Positions 26,989 through 36,080 of a stretch of 42,319 nt of DNA are shown here, piece after piece. The position numbers were made by a program, and so were the translations under genes. The notes under the pieces are model-generated. The model had not been told where the DNA came from. It did no database searches and saw only the letters and a program-made list of their open reading frames with translations. The stretch is from Enterococcus phage Phi_Eg_SY1, in the sequence record OQ623132.1, one strand, 5' to 3'. The stretch's first letter is position 1, and the number at the start of each line of letters is the position of its first letter.

Positions 26989-29900
26989 TTATACTAGACG
27001 CCCTAGACGTCTACCTGCTGTCATAGTTGCTTTCTCTTTACCTTTCGTAAGAACAGGCTCTATTTCAGCAGTCACTTTCCGTTTGTCTAGGTAAACATCT
27101 GTATCCTTTTCTAACAACGCTTGTAGTAAGATGTTAGTTTGTTGCTGTTGTATGATTAGTTGTGCAATTAGTTCGTCATTTGAACCACCTGCGGCTACTG
27201 TTGTTGGTGTTACTCCTAATCGTTTTTGAGCCTCAGCAAGTAACATCATTGCTCTACTACGTTTTGCACTATCTAACGGAATCACCATTTCTGGCTTATT
27301 TCCTTCTCCTACCATTGCTAGGTGTTCTCTTGTGATGAGTCCACCGTTCGCGTATCCTACACCGCGCCACCCTTTTGTTAAGGACCCGTAGCGTGATAAC
27401 GTGTATCTGATAGAGGCTAAGATATTAGACAATGGGTCGTAGATATTTTTATTGTATGGCTTCATTGCATACTGTCTAAAGGTTGGGTCTATCACTTGCA
27501 TTAGCCCTTTTGATGGAATACCGTTCTTGGCGTTGATATCCCACAGGTTGATTGCTTTAGGGTTTCCGTTTGACTCTGTACGCATTTGGTTCATCAAGGC
27601 GTTAAGGTTGGCTGTTGTCCATTGTCCAGTCATTTGTAGCGCACGTTTAGCTGTTGCACGCCAACGGTCTACACCTGAGCCAGTGGTTGTTGTGTCAATA
27701 GCTCCGCCTTTAGATTGAGGGTCTCTCACACCGTTAATGTGCAAGTGGTCCATGTGACCTCCAGAAGCCCAGTTAGCCCATGCATCATGAATACCAGTTC
27801 CAGATGTTCCAGCGCGGTCACGTACTTTGTTAAGAGCAATAACGTAACCTACTTGATTTTTGAAGTTGTCAAATGCGTAGTTACCTGCTTCACGGTACTT
27901 ACTTGAACCGTTCATGCTTGCAGGGAAAGCAACGTCAATAGCGTTTCTTGAACCGTGGCTATATGGGTCGCCTGGTCTATATCCGCTTGTTACGCGCATA
28001 CCAGGGAATTTTGATACAACTTTACGCGCTACGTCTGCTAGGTACTTGTAAACCCCTGCTGTTCCTACGCCTGTATCTAGGTTTCCACTTGAGAACAAAT
28101 CAGCTACTTTACTTGTCATAGCTGTTGTTGCTTTTTTAACTAGTCCTGTAGCGATATCTAGAGGATACTTGATTAAACCTGAGGTATCTACTACGCTAGA
28201 GAATACTTTTTCAACCAGTTTGCTTGGGTTGCTTGCATAGTCCCAAATATCACCAACAAAACTACCTACTTTGTCAAATGCACTTTTAGCCATATTCTTG
28301 GCACCAGTCCAGAGGTTTTTAACCCCTCCTGTTACCTTGTCAAAGAATCCAGTTCCTTTTTTGTATGCGAACTTAGGACGTTTATGACCTAGGACTTGGG
28401 CAGTTTCTTCTGCGGTTAATACTTGCGTGCCTCTACGTCCGTACATTGTAACGTTCTTACCTTTGGGGATGATAGCTTGTCCACTAGGGTCAATTACCAT
28501 TTCTGCACCGCGTCCGTCGTTGACCATCATTGGTCCGCCCGGATGCCCACCGTTAGGGGTACCTTGAGCGTACTTAGGTGCTTCCCATGTTTTCATTTTG
28601 TCCATGCCTAGTTTTTCAAGAATCCAGTTAGCACCGCCAATGATTCCGTTTACTGGTTTCTCAATTACCTTCATGGCTCCGTTAAACATGTTTTTGAACG
28701 CGTCTTTTAGGAAGTGTGCGCCTCCTTTGATTCCGTCAGCTAGTTTTTTAGGTAGTCCTTTTATCCACCCTACTACAGTATCCATACCACCTTTGAATGT
28801 GTTTTTCACACCTGTCCAGAGGTCTTTAATTACTTGGGTAAAGTTGTTTTTAATACCTCTTACACCGTTGGCAATATTAGACGCCCAACCTTTTATCATA
28901 TTCCATGCCCCAGTTGTTCCGGATGAGAATAGGTTTTTAATGCTATCCCATAGACCTTTGATAATGTTGGTGAAGTTTGTTCCTAGTCCTTTTACTGCTG
29001 TTACAATGTTTTTAACAAAGATAATGTTAATGTAGTTCCATACTGCTTTTATTCCGCCTAGGAAAATACGTTTAATAGCGTCCCATAGACCTTTAAAATC
29101 ACCTGTAAGAACCATTGAGAACACATCTATTGTACCTGTGATGAAGTCAACCATTCCATCAAAGAAGCCAATTACTGAGTCAATAAACGACCCTAGTAGG
29201 ACAATTGCAATCTTGAATACAGGTTGTAAAAGTTTTACGAGATTTAGAATTGCCTTACCAATGCGGTCCCCGTTATTATCCCACCAACTGGAAATCTTAT
29301 CAAAGATTTTACCGAAGGCGTCAAATAGTTTTTGCAGGATTGGCATAACCAATGGTATAATATTCTTAATCACGTAGTCCATCACTTGTACAATTATTTT
29401 ACGTACTCCTGTGATGAGTTTGACAATTGTTTCTAATGCTTTAGCAATGAAAGGTATTACCATTGGTAGAATAGTCTTTGTGAAGTAATTCAATCCGTCA
29501 GCTAGTTTTTGAATAAATCCCGCTGGTCCTTCGTTGTCCCCTAATGTAAATGATGAAACTAGATATTCTTTAAAACTAGTGAATGTCTCTTTAATACTTT
29601 GAATAGAATCATCAATTAAGAAAACAGTGTCTAAGTCTAAACCTAGCTCGTTAAGATTGACGATACCGTCACCTGTCCACATTGCTTTAATACTATCAAA
29701 CCATGTGAATAGACCGCCTACTGATTTTTTAAGATTTACTACTGACTCATCAATTGCCATTACTGTATCAAGGTCTAACCCTAGTTTTTTAGGGTCAATA
29801 ATTCCGTCACCTTTCCACATAATACCAAACGCCTCAATCCAGTTTTTGGCATTGTCAAGCGTGGACTTGATTCCTCCAAATACGGCGTTAAATGTATCAC

Positions 29901-31524
29901 CTACAAAAGTTAACTTACTAGCTACCGCAGGCATTGCTGTAGCTACAGCCTTCATAAAGCCTTCTACGCGTTTACCTGAGTTACTAATCATTTCCCCAAT
30001 TGAGGGTAAGTTCATGGCTTGTAGTGAGGCGTCAAAACCTTTGATGAGTTCTGCTGTACCTCTGACCATTGCTGTCTTAGCGTTTGCTATAGATGTACTA
30101 ATACCTTTAGTTGAATCTTTGGCGATTTGTCCTAACGCTTTTAGACCTCCGCCACCTTCTTTATCTAGCTTTATCAACGCGTTTTGGAACTGTTCAACAC
30201 TGATAGAACCGTCTGATAATCCCTCTTTTAGTTCCCCTGTTGTCTTACCCATGGTTTTAGCCATAGCGTTAAGGGTAGGTCCTAAACCTGAGTTAATCAT
30301 TGAGTTCCATGTTGAAGCGTCAACTTTACCATTAGAAAAAGCTTGTGATAATTGAACGATTGCATTTGTAGCCATGTTGGCGTCTCCGCCAAATCCTAAG
30401 ATACCATCATTCAATGCCTTGTAGACGTCTACTGATTTATCTAAGTCTCCTGTTGAAGCAGCTAGCAACTGCACATTTGATACAGAGTCATTCAACGCAG
30501 TAGGTAACCCTTCAATGGCTTTACTGATTCCGTCCATTGCTTTGGATGTAGCCTTAGCAGAAAACCCCATGTTCTCAAACGCACGCGTACTGTTTGCCAG
30601 TGTGTCAATCCTACTAATAGCACTATCTAGGTTAGAGGAGATGGCACCAATTGCTTTATTACCTATGGTTGCCATTGCTCCAAAACCTACAGACCCAACT
30701 AGTGTTTTAATACCACTCAGCGCGCCTTTAGTCGCTCCTGAGATTTTGGATAAACCTTTACTAGCTTTGTCACCTGCTGAGTCAGTCTTTTTTAACTGCT
30801 CATTCATGTTTTCAGTTGCAGTACTTGTTTCTTTTAATTGTTTCTCTGTTCCGTCAAGTTGCTTGGCTGTTAATTGTTGCTGACGTTTAAAGTCACCTAA
30901 ACGGTCTTTCGCTGTTTGAACCTCACGGGAGTTTTCACCAAACTCTGAACTCAATCCCTCAATTGCTTTTTCTTGTGCCTGAATTGCTTTTGTGGTAAGT
31001 TCATCTTGACGTTTTAAACCTTCTTTTTGAGCCTTATATGCGCCTACTTTGTCTCCTGCTGATTTTAACGCAGAGACTTCTGCCTTCATATTACGCTCGT
31101 TGTCTTTCATTGCTTTGGAATACTCATCAACACCACTTGAGGCAATTACATAGGCTTGTTTTGTCTTGTTAAGCTCTGTAGATAAAGCGTTGTATTTTGA
31201 AGTTGAGTTATTAATTTGAGTATTAAGAGTTTGTACCTGCTTTGATTCTTCACCGTACTTTTTAATTGCCTCAGTTCTGCGATTATTCAAAACGTCAATT
31301 CGTTTTTCTTGAATTTTCACAACACTAGTTAGGTCTGAGTATTTTTGTTCTAAGGCGTTGACAGAGTTGCCTGCTCCATCAAACGCCTTCATGTTAGCCT
31401 TCATGGCACTTTCTGCTTGCTTGAATTGTTTCGTTAATTTGTCTAATGTATTACCAAGTTCAGCAGTACCATCTATACCCAAACCAAACTTCATATTTCC
31501 AATTGGTTTCCCGTTTTGAACCAT
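26989..31524 (-). CDS. tape measure protein with C-terminal lytic transglycosylase (SLT) and M23 peptidase domains
   Basis: 1511 aa, coiled-coil N-terminus; TESNGNP...GLMQV SLT motif; HMDHLH M23 motif. Confidence 0.8.
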   Translation of the reverse strand: MVQNGKPIGNMKFGLGIDGTAELGNTLDKLTKQFKQAESAMKANMKAFDGAGNSVNALEQKYSDLTSVVKIQEKRIDVLNNRRTEAIKKYGEESKQVQTLNTQINNSTSKYNALSTELNKTKQAYVIASSGVDEYSKAMKDNERNMKAEVSALKSAGDKVGAYKAQKEGLKRQDELTTKAIQAQEKAIEGLSSEFGENSREVQTAKDRLGDFKRQQQLTAKQLDGTEKQLKETSTATENMNEQLKKTDSAGDKASKGLSKISGATKGALSGIKTLVGSVGFGAMATIGNKAIGAISSNLDSAISRIDTLANSTRAFENMGFSAKATSKAMDGISKAIEGLPTALNDSVSNVQLLAASTGDLDKSVDVYKALNDGILGFGGDANMATNAIVQLSQAFSNGKVDASTWNSMINSGLGPTLNAMAKTMGKTTGELKEGLSDGSISVEQFQNALIKLDKEGGGGLKALGQIAKDSTKGISTSIANAKTAMVRGTAELIKGFDASLQAMNLPSIGEMISNSGKRVEGFMKAVATAMPAVASKLTFVGDTFNAVFGGIKSTLDNAKNWIEAFGIMWKGDGIIDPKKLGLDLDTVMAIDESVVNLKKSVGGLFTWFDSIKAMWTGDGIVNLNELGLDLDTVFLIDDSIQSIKETFTSFKEYLVSSFTLGDNEGPAGFIQKLADGLNYFTKTILPMVIPFIAKALETIVKLITGVRKIIVQVMDYVIKNIIPLVMPILQKLFDAFGKIFDKISSWWDNNGDRIGKAILNLVKLLQPVFKIAIVLLGSFIDSVIGFFDGMVDFITGTIDVFSMVLTGDFKGLWDAIKRIFLGGIKAVWNYINIIFVKNIVTAVKGLGTNFTNIIKGLWDSIKNLFSSGTTGAWNMIKGWASNIANGVRGIKNNFTQVIKDLWTGVKNTFKGGMDTVVGWIKGLPKKLADGIKGGAHFLKDAFKNMFNGAMKVIEKPVNGIIGGANWILEKLGMDKMKTWEAPKYAQGTPNGGHPGGPMMVNDGRGAEMVIDPSGQAIIPKGKNVTMYGRRGTQVLTAEETAQVLGHKRPKFAYKKGTGFFDKVTGGVKNLWTGAKNMAKSAFDKVGSFVGDIWDYASNPSKLVEKVFSSVVDTSGLIKYPLDIATGLVKKATTAMTSKVADLFSSGNLDTGVGTAGVYKYLADVARKVVSKFPGMRVTSGYRPGDPYSHGSRNAIDVAFPASMNGSSKYREAGNYAFDNFKNQVGYVIALNKVRDRAGTSGTGIHDAWANWASGGHMDHLHINGVRDPQSKGGAIDTTTTGSGVDRWRATAKRALQMTGQWTTANLNALMNQMRTESNGNPKAINLWDINAKNGIPSKGLMQVIDPTFRQYAMKPYNKNIYDPLSNILASIRYTLSRYGSLTKGWRGVGYANGGLITREHLAMVGEGNKPEMVIPLDSAKRSRAMMLLAEAQKRLGVTPTTVAAGGSNDELIAQLIIQQQQTNILLQALLEKDTDVYLDKRKVTAEIEPVLTKGKEKATMTAGRRLGRLV

Positions 31525-31527
31525 TGA

Positions 31528-31776
31528 TTACTCACTTCCCTCGTGATTTAATTTTGCTAGTTCGTCAGGACTCAAGAAACGTTTGATGAAGTCAGCTCCG
31601 TCAACCGTCTTTTCACTCTCTTTCTCTTTATTGAACAACCCAAGTAATAAAAAATAGTCAGCACCCTCTATCTCAGAAAGTTGCCAACCATTTTCTAAGA
31701 GGTTCCCATACGTCTCCTCCAAAGTATTAAGTTGTTCCTCAAAAGTTAGCGTCTCAAGCCCTGTTATTTCCCCTTT
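31528..31776 (-). CDS. -1 frame extension of the tail assembly chaperone (gpT-like part of the G/GT fusion)
   Basis: frame opens exactly at slippery heptamer A_AAG_GGG (31770-31776), just before the G stop. Confidence 0.5.
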   Translation of the reverse strand, partial: KGEITGLETLTFEEQLNTLEETYGNLLENGWQLSEIEGADYFLLLGLFNKEKESEKTVDGADFIKRFLSPDELAKLNHEGSE

Positions 31777-32069
31777 TCAGAATCGCCACCGCCTACTTGG
31801 TTAAACACACTTTCAACTAAAGGTAGTAGGTCCTCAAATGCTACGTTATCCACTAGGATATCGTAAGTTAATTTCGTATTTGAAAAAATAGTTAGAATTA
31901 ATTCAATCAATTCATCAATCATCTCTAATTCACTAATTTGCAAATCGCCTTTTTCTGCTTTCTCCATTTTAGTATAGTATGCCAATACTTCGCGCATTGT
32001 TCGTACTGATACCTTCTCTGTTACAAATGTTTGTTTTTTACCCTTTACCTGTAGTTCTAATTTAATCAT
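31764..32069 (-). CDS. tail assembly chaperone (gpG-like)
   Basis: position between major tail and tape measure genes; RBS AAGGAGG. Confidence 0.6.
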   Translation of the reverse strand: MIKLELQVKGKKQTFVTEKVSVRTMREVLAYYTKMEKAEKGDLQISELEMIDELIELILTIFSNTKLTYDILVDNVAFEDLLPLVESVFNQVGGGDSEKGK

Positions 32070-32103
32070 TTTGTTTCCTCCTTAATGTACTCGTTCTATT
32101 AAC

Positions 32104-32112
32104 ATTATATCA
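32104..32112 (-). promoter_or_regulatory. extended -10 promoter TGATATAAT (minus strand)
   Basis: + strand ATTATATCA, right after the major-tail terminator. Confidence 0.4.
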
Positions 32113-32122
32113 TAGAGCGCAC

Positions 32123-32148
32123 AAAAAAAGAGGGGTATTATCCCCTCT
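32123..32148 (-). terminator. intrinsic terminator AGAGGGG-ATAATA-CCCCTCT + TTTTTTT (minus strand) after the major tail gene
   Basis: read directly. Confidence 0.6.
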
Positions 32149-32151
32149 TTA

Positions 32152-32721
32152 CTATACGGCTGGTGTTGTTTTATTTGCTACGAAGTCTTGGAACTTAGAT
32201 AGGGTTAATGTTTCCGTACCTACACCAGAGGCATATACGAAGCCACGGGAGTCAGAAATTGCAGAACCTTCAATAGTGTCCGTATTAGGTTCCGTACCTC
32301 CACCCTCAGACGTGTTCAAGGCAACATCTGGGTGAGCAAAGCGAACTTTAGTCAATCCCATGTATACTTCGTTACCATCCGCGTCATCTGCTACAAAAGT
32401 AACAGACACGTAAGGTGCTTGAGTGTCTTGCCCTACTGTGATAATACCATTTTCGTCTGCTTTCAACCCTAGTACCGCGCTATACGCTCCGCCTGCTTGT
32501 AAATCAAACACGTTCAATGATACGCTTGTTTCTCCTGTACCTTTAGCAGAAACATAGAACGGGATATTTGACGCGTAAACAGTTGTAGCCTCCGCACCTA
32601 GTCCACTGATAGTAGCCTCAATAGCGCCGCCTTTTGTTTTGTCTAGGCTGTAGGTTGTGTAGCCTGTACCTTCTGAATTAGGTACATGAATATGAGCTGA
32701 TTTAAAACCGATTTTTGCCAT
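32152..32721 (-). CDS. major tail protein
   Basis: 189 aa, Ig-like/beta-rich; position before chaperone; followed by terminator. Confidence 0.65.
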   Translation of the reverse strand: MAKIGFKSAHIHVPNSEGTGYTTYSLDKTKGGAIEATISGLGAEATTVYASNIPFYVSAKGTGETSVSLNVFDLQAGGAYSAVLGLKADENGIITVGQDTQAPYVSVTFVADDADGNEVYMGLTKVRFAHPDVALNTSEGGGTEPNTDTIEGSAISDSRGFVYASGVGTETLTLSKFQDFVANKTTPAV

Positions 32722-32783
32722 AGTTTTTATTCATTCCTTTCGTTCTTTCTTATATTATTTTACCATATTCCTACGTTGTGTAG

Positions 32784-33155
32784 TCATCCTAGCTGTATGT
32801 CACGTCTAATGTAGTAACGTTTTATAATACGTACTGCATTTTGTAAATCAGGGTCAGTCCCAATCTCACTGTACGACATACTACTTTCGTTGTTCATAAA
32901 TAGTTTATCCATTTCATAATACATTGATTCAGCCTCTTGCGGTGTTTTTACCCATACATCAACCTGAACACTAGCATATAATGCCCAAGGTTTGTTACTC
33001 GCATAATCACTGTGTGTAGAACCTAATTCTACCACTCTTCCTAATGGGAGACTTGGAATCGTTTGTTCTGCCTCTGGGACAAAGTTTACATACCATTCAA
33101 TGTCAGGATACGCGCTATTCAAAATTTCTGTTACTAGTGTTGTTGTTAACTTCAT
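32784..33155 (-). CDS. tail terminator / tail completion protein
   Basis: position and size. Confidence 0.45.
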   Translation of the reverse strand: MKLTTTLVTEILNSAYPDIEWYVNFVPEAEQTIPSLPLGRVVELGSTHSDYASNKPWALYASVQVDVWVKTPQEAESMYYEMDKLFMNNESSMSYSEIGTDPDLQNAVRIIKRYYIRRDIQLG

Positions 33156-33568
33156 TATTTCAACACCCTTCTCTGTAGTTCTATTTCAACCATTGTCTGT
33201 ACTTCTCTACTTAAATCATCTAGAGACTTTTCAACAAAATGCTGAGGTGGTTGTTTGATTGTGCCAAACTCTGTAAAATGGATACGCCATGCTACCTCAC
33301 TATCAAACCCAATTTCAACAACTCCGTCTTTTGCCTTACTATAAACAACATGGTCTTTCATGTGTGCTTTTTTGTAAGATGGTCCACTAGATGATTTTGA
33401 ACCGTCCCAATATGGTAATCGTTCGCTGAACTTTTCAGCAACCTTAGGCGCTATATCGTTCATTATCTTGTTACTTTCACGTGACACGTCTTTACCTAAT
33501 TGACTAAGGGCTTTATAAATGTCACTAAAATCCACATAATTATCAGACATATTATACCTCCTTGGCAA
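33155..33568 (-). CDS. HK97 gp10-family tail-component protein
   Basis: size and position; motif resemblance from memory. Confidence 0.5.
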   Translation of the reverse strand: MPRRYNMSDNYVDFSDIYKALSQLGKDVSRESNKIMNDIAPKVAEKFSERLPYWDGSKSSSGPSYKKAHMKDHVVYSKAKDGVVEIGFDSEVAWRIHFTEFGTIKQPPQHFVEKSLDDLSREVQTMVEIELQRRVLK

Positions 33569-33881
33569 TCAAGGTATCAAAGTCCTTATTGTATGTTCCA
33601 CGTGATACGTCAGTGATTTTATATCTCCTGTTATCATGCCAAATATATTGGTCACGTGTAATCTCTTTAGCTTGGTCGTATCTGATAACAAATGTGACAG
33701 TATTTTCTAAAGCTGTGCCTGCTGTTTTTATTTTGTCACGCATGTATTGTGTTTCAAAAGACGCCCAACAAGTGTATACAGTCTCATAAGTGATTGTAGG
33801 TTGAAAGTACTCGTCTTTACCTTGAATCTGTTTCTGAATCTGGATACGGTCTTTCAGTTTGCTATACTTCCTATATGACAT
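33552..33881 (-). CDS. head closure / head-tail adaptor protein
   Basis: size and position (SPP1 gp16-like slot). Confidence 0.55.
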   Translation of the reverse strand: MSYRKYSKLKDRIQIQKQIQGKDEYFQPTITYETVYTCWASFETQYMRDKIKTAGTALENTVTFVIRYDQAKEITRDQYIWHDNRRYKITDVSRGTYNKDFDTLIAKEV

Positions 33882-34167
33882 TGATAATCAACTCCCCATG
33901 AGGTAAACCCCTCAATTGATGAATTAATGCAGTAACACCAAATGGGACCTCTGACATCTGTGCGGTCGTAACACCTTCTCTGTTCTCGTACCAGTGGGCA
34001 ATGAGAAACATTGTAGCAATATCAAAACGAGGGTCCGTAGGTGGTTCTTTCACTTCAATTGCTCCTAACATGAATGCAGCCGCTGTGTCATTAAGCATTT
34101 GCAGGTATTCATCATCCATACTGTGATCAATCCGCAAGTTGTTTTTAATTTGGTCCAATGTTAACAT
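33871..34167 (-). CDS. head-tail connector protein (gp6-like)
   Basis: 98 aa directly after the capsid gene. Confidence 0.6.
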   Translation of the reverse strand: MLTLDQIKNNLRIDHSMDDEYLQMLNDTAAAFMLGAIEVKEPPTDPRFDIATMFLIAHWYENREGVTTAQMSEVPFGVTALIHQLRGLPHGELIINVI

Positions 34168-34186
34168 TCTATCACTCCTATCTAAT

Positions 34187-34220
34187 AAAAAAGAGGTAAG
34201 AGGTCACCCCCTTACCCCTC
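34187..34220 (-). terminator. terminator after the major capsid gene (GAGG(GG)TAAG...CTTACCTC + TTTTTT on minus strand)
   Basis: stem with 2-nt bulge, read directly. Confidence 0.45.
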
Positions 34221-34234
34221 AATGGGTTTCGTTA

Positions 34235-35461
34235 TTATGCGCCTGCTCCACCGCTAGGGAATTCAGAGGCATTACCTACGATTACAGTAGATACATTGTC
34301 CTTAATTGCTCCTAGTTTAAACATCAAGCCAGCGTTTGTGTCTGTAGCTACTACGTCAAAACGGATTGCACCTGCTAACATTTCACCGTAGACGTTATGG
34401 TCTTGCCAACGTACAGTCATTTCAGTACGTTTGAACAATGTAATTGCTTGTTCTAAGTCACCAATGAACAGTAATTTGTCATCTGTTTCATTTTTAAAGA
34501 TAGCGTCAGGAAGTACTACTACTTCTTTACCAAACAATGTTTTACCACTTGCCATTGTCACGTTTGGTTGGATGATATAGCGTCCGTCTGCGTCTTTCAA
34601 TGTGTCTAATTGACCAAACGCGCTTTGTGATACATAAACGCGTTGTGCGTATGCAGGGTCAATTGTAACGTCAGAAGCCACTTTAAGTTGGTCTAATGAT
34701 GTTAATTCAGTTGGTGCGAATTTAGCTAACAACTCAGCCATAATTGCTTTGTTAGTTGTGTTCAATGCAATACGAGTGATATGTTTAGCAATCAACGCAA
34801 CCAACTCAGGGTCAGAGTCTTGAATTGCTTCGTTAGACATTGGGATGTATCCGCGGTAAGTTTCCACTTTCCAAGCTACGTCCTTGAATGTTGGTTCTGC
34901 CAATTTAGGGTTAGCTACTAACTCAGCTACTGTGTTCATTACAGCATTAGTTGTTTCCAAAATTGGGTATGAACCTGAGCCAGTTGTTACTGTCACTACG
35001 TTAACATAGTTTTGTAGGTCAACAATTGTTTCTGGTAAAGTGATTGGTTTTGTAACGCGGTCTACTGGTACAATCGCTTCAATTCCCTCTAATTTAACAT
35101 CACGTAGTTCTGGTGCTTTTACTGCTCCGTGTGAGCGGACATACTGACCGAACGCACGTAACTCAGCGTCCTCAATATTTTCTGTAGGTTTGATTTTTTT
35201 AACGTTTTCCATGTCTCGTTGCTCTCCTTTTTCGTCATTTTCTAATTCGTCAAGTGATTCCTCTAGTTCTTTAGCACGTTCATCTTCCTTAGGTTCGTCC
35301 TTAGGTTCGTCCTTAGGTTCGTCCTTAGGTTCGTCCTTAGGTTCGTCCTTAGGTTCTTTGTTCAACTCACGTACTTCATTGATTAGTTTTTCAGCTTCAT
35401 CTAACTTACCTTGTGAGAGTAATTCACGTGCCTCAATAAGTTTATTCTCCATTGTTAACAC
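34235..35461 (-). CDS. HK97-family major capsid protein with N-terminal coiled-coil delta/scaffold domain
   Basis: 408 aa after prohead protease; (EPKD)5 repeat in delta domain. Confidence 0.8.
   Translation of the reverse strand: MLTMENKLIEARELLSQGKLDEAEKLINEVRELNKEPKDEPKDEPKDEPKDEPKDEPKEDERAKELEESLDELENDEKGEQRDMENVKKIKPTENIEDAELRAFGQYVRSHGAVKAPELRDVKLEGIEAIVPVDRVTKPITLPETIVDLQNYVNVVTVTTGSGSYPILETTNAVMNTVAELVANPKLAEPTFKDVAWKVETYRGYIPMSNEAIQDSDPELVALIAKHITRIALNTTNKAIMAELLAKFAPTELTSLDQLKVASDVTIDPAYAQRVYVSQSAFGQLDTLKDADGRYIIQPNVTMASGKTLFGKEVVVLPDAIFKNETDDKLLFIGDLEQAITLFKRTEMTVRWQDHNVYGEMLAGAIRFDVVATDTNAGLMFKLGAIKDNVSTVIVGNASEFPSGGAGA
35287..35358. repeat. 12-bp tandem repeat CCTTAGGTTCGT x ~6 encoding (EPKD)n within the capsid delta domain
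   Basis: read directly. Confidence 0.85.
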
Positions 35462-35522
35462 TCCTTGTTGTCTTTCTTAAATTATTATATCATGTAACCT
35501 TATGTCGTAGTTGACCTAGCTA

Positions 35523-36080
35523 TCACAATAATTCAAGAATGTCAAGTTCTAACTCTAGTTTTCTTTTTTGCTTATAGAAATCATCTTTAGACCGTTGTGC
35601 TACTTTTACCACTGTGTCATCATATGCAGGGATGGATACTAGTGAAATTTCAATCAATTTACCAATCTTATCAATTGTACGGTGGTAAGTATCTGAATCA
35701 CTATCGTATTGCCATGTATCCGCGTCAACAGTAAATCCGAACGAACACTGTGACAAGTCTCCTCGTTTTGTTAGCTCATACACGTCTCTACCTACCTGAG
35801 TATTAGGTAATTCTAATCTGAATCGCAAGCCTTCATTATCTGTGTTTAGTTGTAGCGTGCCTGTTTTTGTTCGTCCTAACAGGTTCCCTGAGCTGTGGTC
35901 AAAAAACGCGCGGACATCTGAAAAGTCTACACCAATGAAAGCAGTGTCAGAAACCTTTTCGTATACATTGTCATATAGATTAGTTTCTGAGTTGAACATT
36001 GTAGCGTAACCCTCCACAATCATCTTGTCAGTATCTTCCATTGCGCGAATTTCAGCGCTTCTAATTTCTTCATTCTTCAT
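35523..36080 (-). CDS. HK97-family prohead protease
   Basis: RBS AAAGGAG 9 nt before ATG at 36080; position between portal and capsid. Confidence 0.65.
   Translation of the reverse strand: MKNEEIRSAEIRAMEDTDKMIVEGYATMFNSETNLYDNVYEKVSDTAFIGVDFSDVRAFFDHSSGNLLGRTKTGTLQLNTDNEGLRFRLELPNTQVGRDVYELTKRGDLSQCSFGFTVDADTWQYDSDSDTYHRTIDKIGKLIEISLVSIPAYDDTVVKVAQRSKDDFYKQKRKLELELDILELL

Noticed and set aside
28423-30883. Several long plus-strand ORFs (28598..29035, 29627..30355, 30515..30883 and others) antisense to the tape measure gene
   Set aside because: Proline/serine/leucine-rich translations with no RBS. Typical antisense artefacts of a long repetitive gene.
35287-35358. Possible CRISPR-like array
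   Set aside because: A 12-bp in-frame coding microsatellite with no spacers. Not CRISPR.
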